NCBI GenBank assembly: GCA_964016885.1
Contig: OZ024741.1
Span: 148,366,001 to 148,430,000 of the forward strand
Direction of reading: 5' to 3'
Origin: Eledone cirrhosa
Taxonomy: Eukaryota
DNA length: 64,000 bases
Below, one piece after another: positions 61,985 through 64,000 of this stretch. Within the stretch, counting starts at the first letter, position 1; every line of letters starts with the position of its first letter. The notes below the pieces were generated by a model. The model did no database searches. It had not been told where the DNA came from and saw only the letters and a list, made by a program, of their open reading frames with translations. The position numbers and the translations under genes are program-made.

Positions 61985-62668
61985 ATGAAAGTACTGTCAG
62001 CCGGGCCTGTTCGAGATGCGCACAGGGTGACGAAACCGTCCTGCACTCACTCGTCCAGTGTCCGAGCATTGCTGACCTGTGGGTTTATGTCAAACACCTG
62101 CTGTCACGTGTAGGACGATCCGGCTATCAGCTGAGTTCATCGTGAGGATTGCCCCACTGCCTTCCTTTAGCCGGGAAGGGCAGGCACTTTTTATCTGGTG
62201 GACACGTCTGAAAGGGTTGAAGACGGGTACTTTCCTTTTCGGTGACGCCCTCATTAACTTTTTCAGGTTTCACCTGAAAAGGAAAATCTGGGTGCAAAGG
62301 GAAGTGCTGCCTTCCAGCCAGTTTGTTGAAAGGTGGGTGAGAGAGGCAAGAATGGCCCGTGTGAATGGGCCTACCTTGAGCGTATGCCTGTAGCATCGTA
62401 GGAGGAAAACTGGAAGAGGGCACTTGCCCTAGCAGTCAGGGTAACTGTGGCTTTTTTGTGGGCTTTCCCCACGAGCGACACTCAGAAGTCTCCCTCCTAT
62501 TGGGGAATTTTTCATTGTTTCTTTTTTTTGTTACATCCTCTGTTTTTTTGGGTTTTTTTTTTTACATGCAGAAATCCCCATTTGTACCGTCCTGTGTTGT
62601 CCTTAATGTTATACTTTGTGTCAACCCTTGTGGTTAATAAAGAAAGCATTATTATTATTATTATTATT
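61985..62668 (+). mobile_element. Second L1/Tx1-clade 3' fragment in tandem
   Basis: ACSRCAQGDETVLHSLVQC...FFRFHLKRKI; ends aataaagaaagc(att)n. Confidence 0.85.
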
Positions 62669-62787
62669 CAAATCCCGTCGAGGTTAACTTTGTCTTTCAT
62701 CCTTACGGGGTTGATAAAATAAAGTACCAGTAATACACTGGGTAATTGCTGGCCTTGTGCCAAAAGTAGAAACAATTATTATTATTA
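62667..62787 (+). mobile_element. 5'-truncated tRNA/Nin-type SINE inserted in the LINE (ATT)n tail
   Basis: ttcaaatcccgtcgaggttaactttg...ggccttgtgccaaaagtagaaaca(att)n. Confidence 0.78.
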
Positions 62788-63405
62788 GTAGTAGTAGTTG
62801 TTGTAGTAAGGCGAAGGAGAAGAAGTCATTTGATACCTGATTATTCAAAACATTTTTTCTAATTTCTTCATGCTTTTTAATTGGCCAGACATTAATTTAC
62901 TTGAACAAATTAGCTGAAATGTGAGAGGAAGGTGATCTGTCTACAGTATTTTTGTTTCTTAATTAGGAAATAGTGCCTGGAAATAGAAGAGTTCTATCTG
63001 TACTCTAAAACTCATTTATTTCACTTGATTAGCTAGTAATGACTTTTTGAATAAAAAAAAGAAGTGAGTTGTAGCCTGCCTAACATTTAAATTAGCTTTA
63101 CAGTTAACTTTTTAATCTTTTGGTCTCCTCATTTCATACCATACTGCCTGAAAACACTCATGGGTCTGGTCTATGATACAAGGCTATTCTATTTTAAGTT
63201 ATCTATATTTATCTAAACCTTTCTATCAACATTTTATGTAAGTATTTTTTTAATGTTTCACACACCAGCTTATCAATAATAACATTGATTATATCACAAA
63301 ATGACTAAATATTTTTGAAAATCATTTGAAGATCATGTATGCCAATGAAGTATGCCAATGAAATGGTTAACAGTTTAGGTCCATTTAATTATGTTAATTA
63401 TCATT

Positions 63406-63661
63406 TAACTCTTTCATTGCCATATTTCTAATGAAAACATGTCCTATGATTTTCAAATCATTTTCAAAATAATCTGGATAATTTAGTAATATAACTAATT
63501 TTCTCATTATTAAGCTGGTGTTTGGAACATAACTTAACAAAAGTTCTTACATAAAATTATAATGGAAAGTTTCGAGAAATATATATAAACACTTTACACT
63601 AACCAGTTTTGTATCATAGAGCCAAGGATGGTTTCAGTTGGTTTGGTATCAAAAGGATTAA
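63406..63661. mobile_element. Older TTAA-bounded MITE family (degenerate relatives near 30155, 33155, 37320, 58125, 63105)
   Basis: ttaactctttcattgccatatttc...ttggtatcaaaaggattaa; shared internal aagctggtgtttggaacataa. Confidence 0.55.
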
Positions 63662-64000
63662 TAAAAATATGTTACCCACTGACTCAATTCTTCTGCTTCT
63701 TAACTCATAATTTCTCTTCTTTGGCAGAAGAATTCCTACAGAAAAAGTGTATTGTGTTATTTCTTCTGAGTTCAGATCCGATCGAGGTTAACTTTACCTG
63801 ATGTTCTTTTGATGTTCTTTATAAAATAAAATACAAGTCAAGCATTAGTGTTGATTTAATGGACAGCTACCCACAAAACCTGCAAATTTCCGGGTTTGTG
63901 CTTATGTCAGAAATGAATATTTAGAATATTTAGGCAAGAGAGTAACTCAGTGATATAATAGTGATGTCTAAACCCATGCTAGCGTGGAAGATAGACGTTA

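Overview
This is AT-rich, intron-rich, repeat-dense animal DNA; the SINE/LINE repertoire and (TA)n load suggest a coleoid cephalopod such as Octopus (inference). Two spliced genes lie on the + strand. The first is the last two coding exons of CPEB1/orb (786-880, 2079-2270; end of RRM2 plus ZZ-type zinc finger). The second is most of a MYCBP-associated protein gene (MYCBPAP, cilia/sperm), reconstructed by hand as 18 phase-compatible exons from 24542 to 58678, with a candidate RFX X-box/TCTCGCGAGA promoter near 13.5 kb. Nearly every long ORF in the supplied track belongs to a retroelement or microsatellite. These include five CRE-clade (RT + restriction-like endonuclease) copies, one near full length with an N-terminal PHD finger; an RTE family with a PHD finger inserted inside the RT, plus its tRNA-derived SINE partner, both favouring (TA)n sites; a second RTE family; Tx1/L1 and CR1 remnants; a mariner relic; and piggyBac-type and other MITEs. 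The most notable hidden signal is a set of minimal type I hammerhead ribozyme motifs. The best is a ~315-bp partially tandem/inverted element (19.6-20.0 kb, 52.6-53.6 kb) carrying a hammerhead with the non-canonical core UUGAUAA (U3-A8) and a stem II that covaries between copies. It is a candidate retrozyme or Penelope-type non-autonomous element that CUGANGA-based searches would miss. All calls were made by eye with no database search, so family names and boundaries need confirmation.
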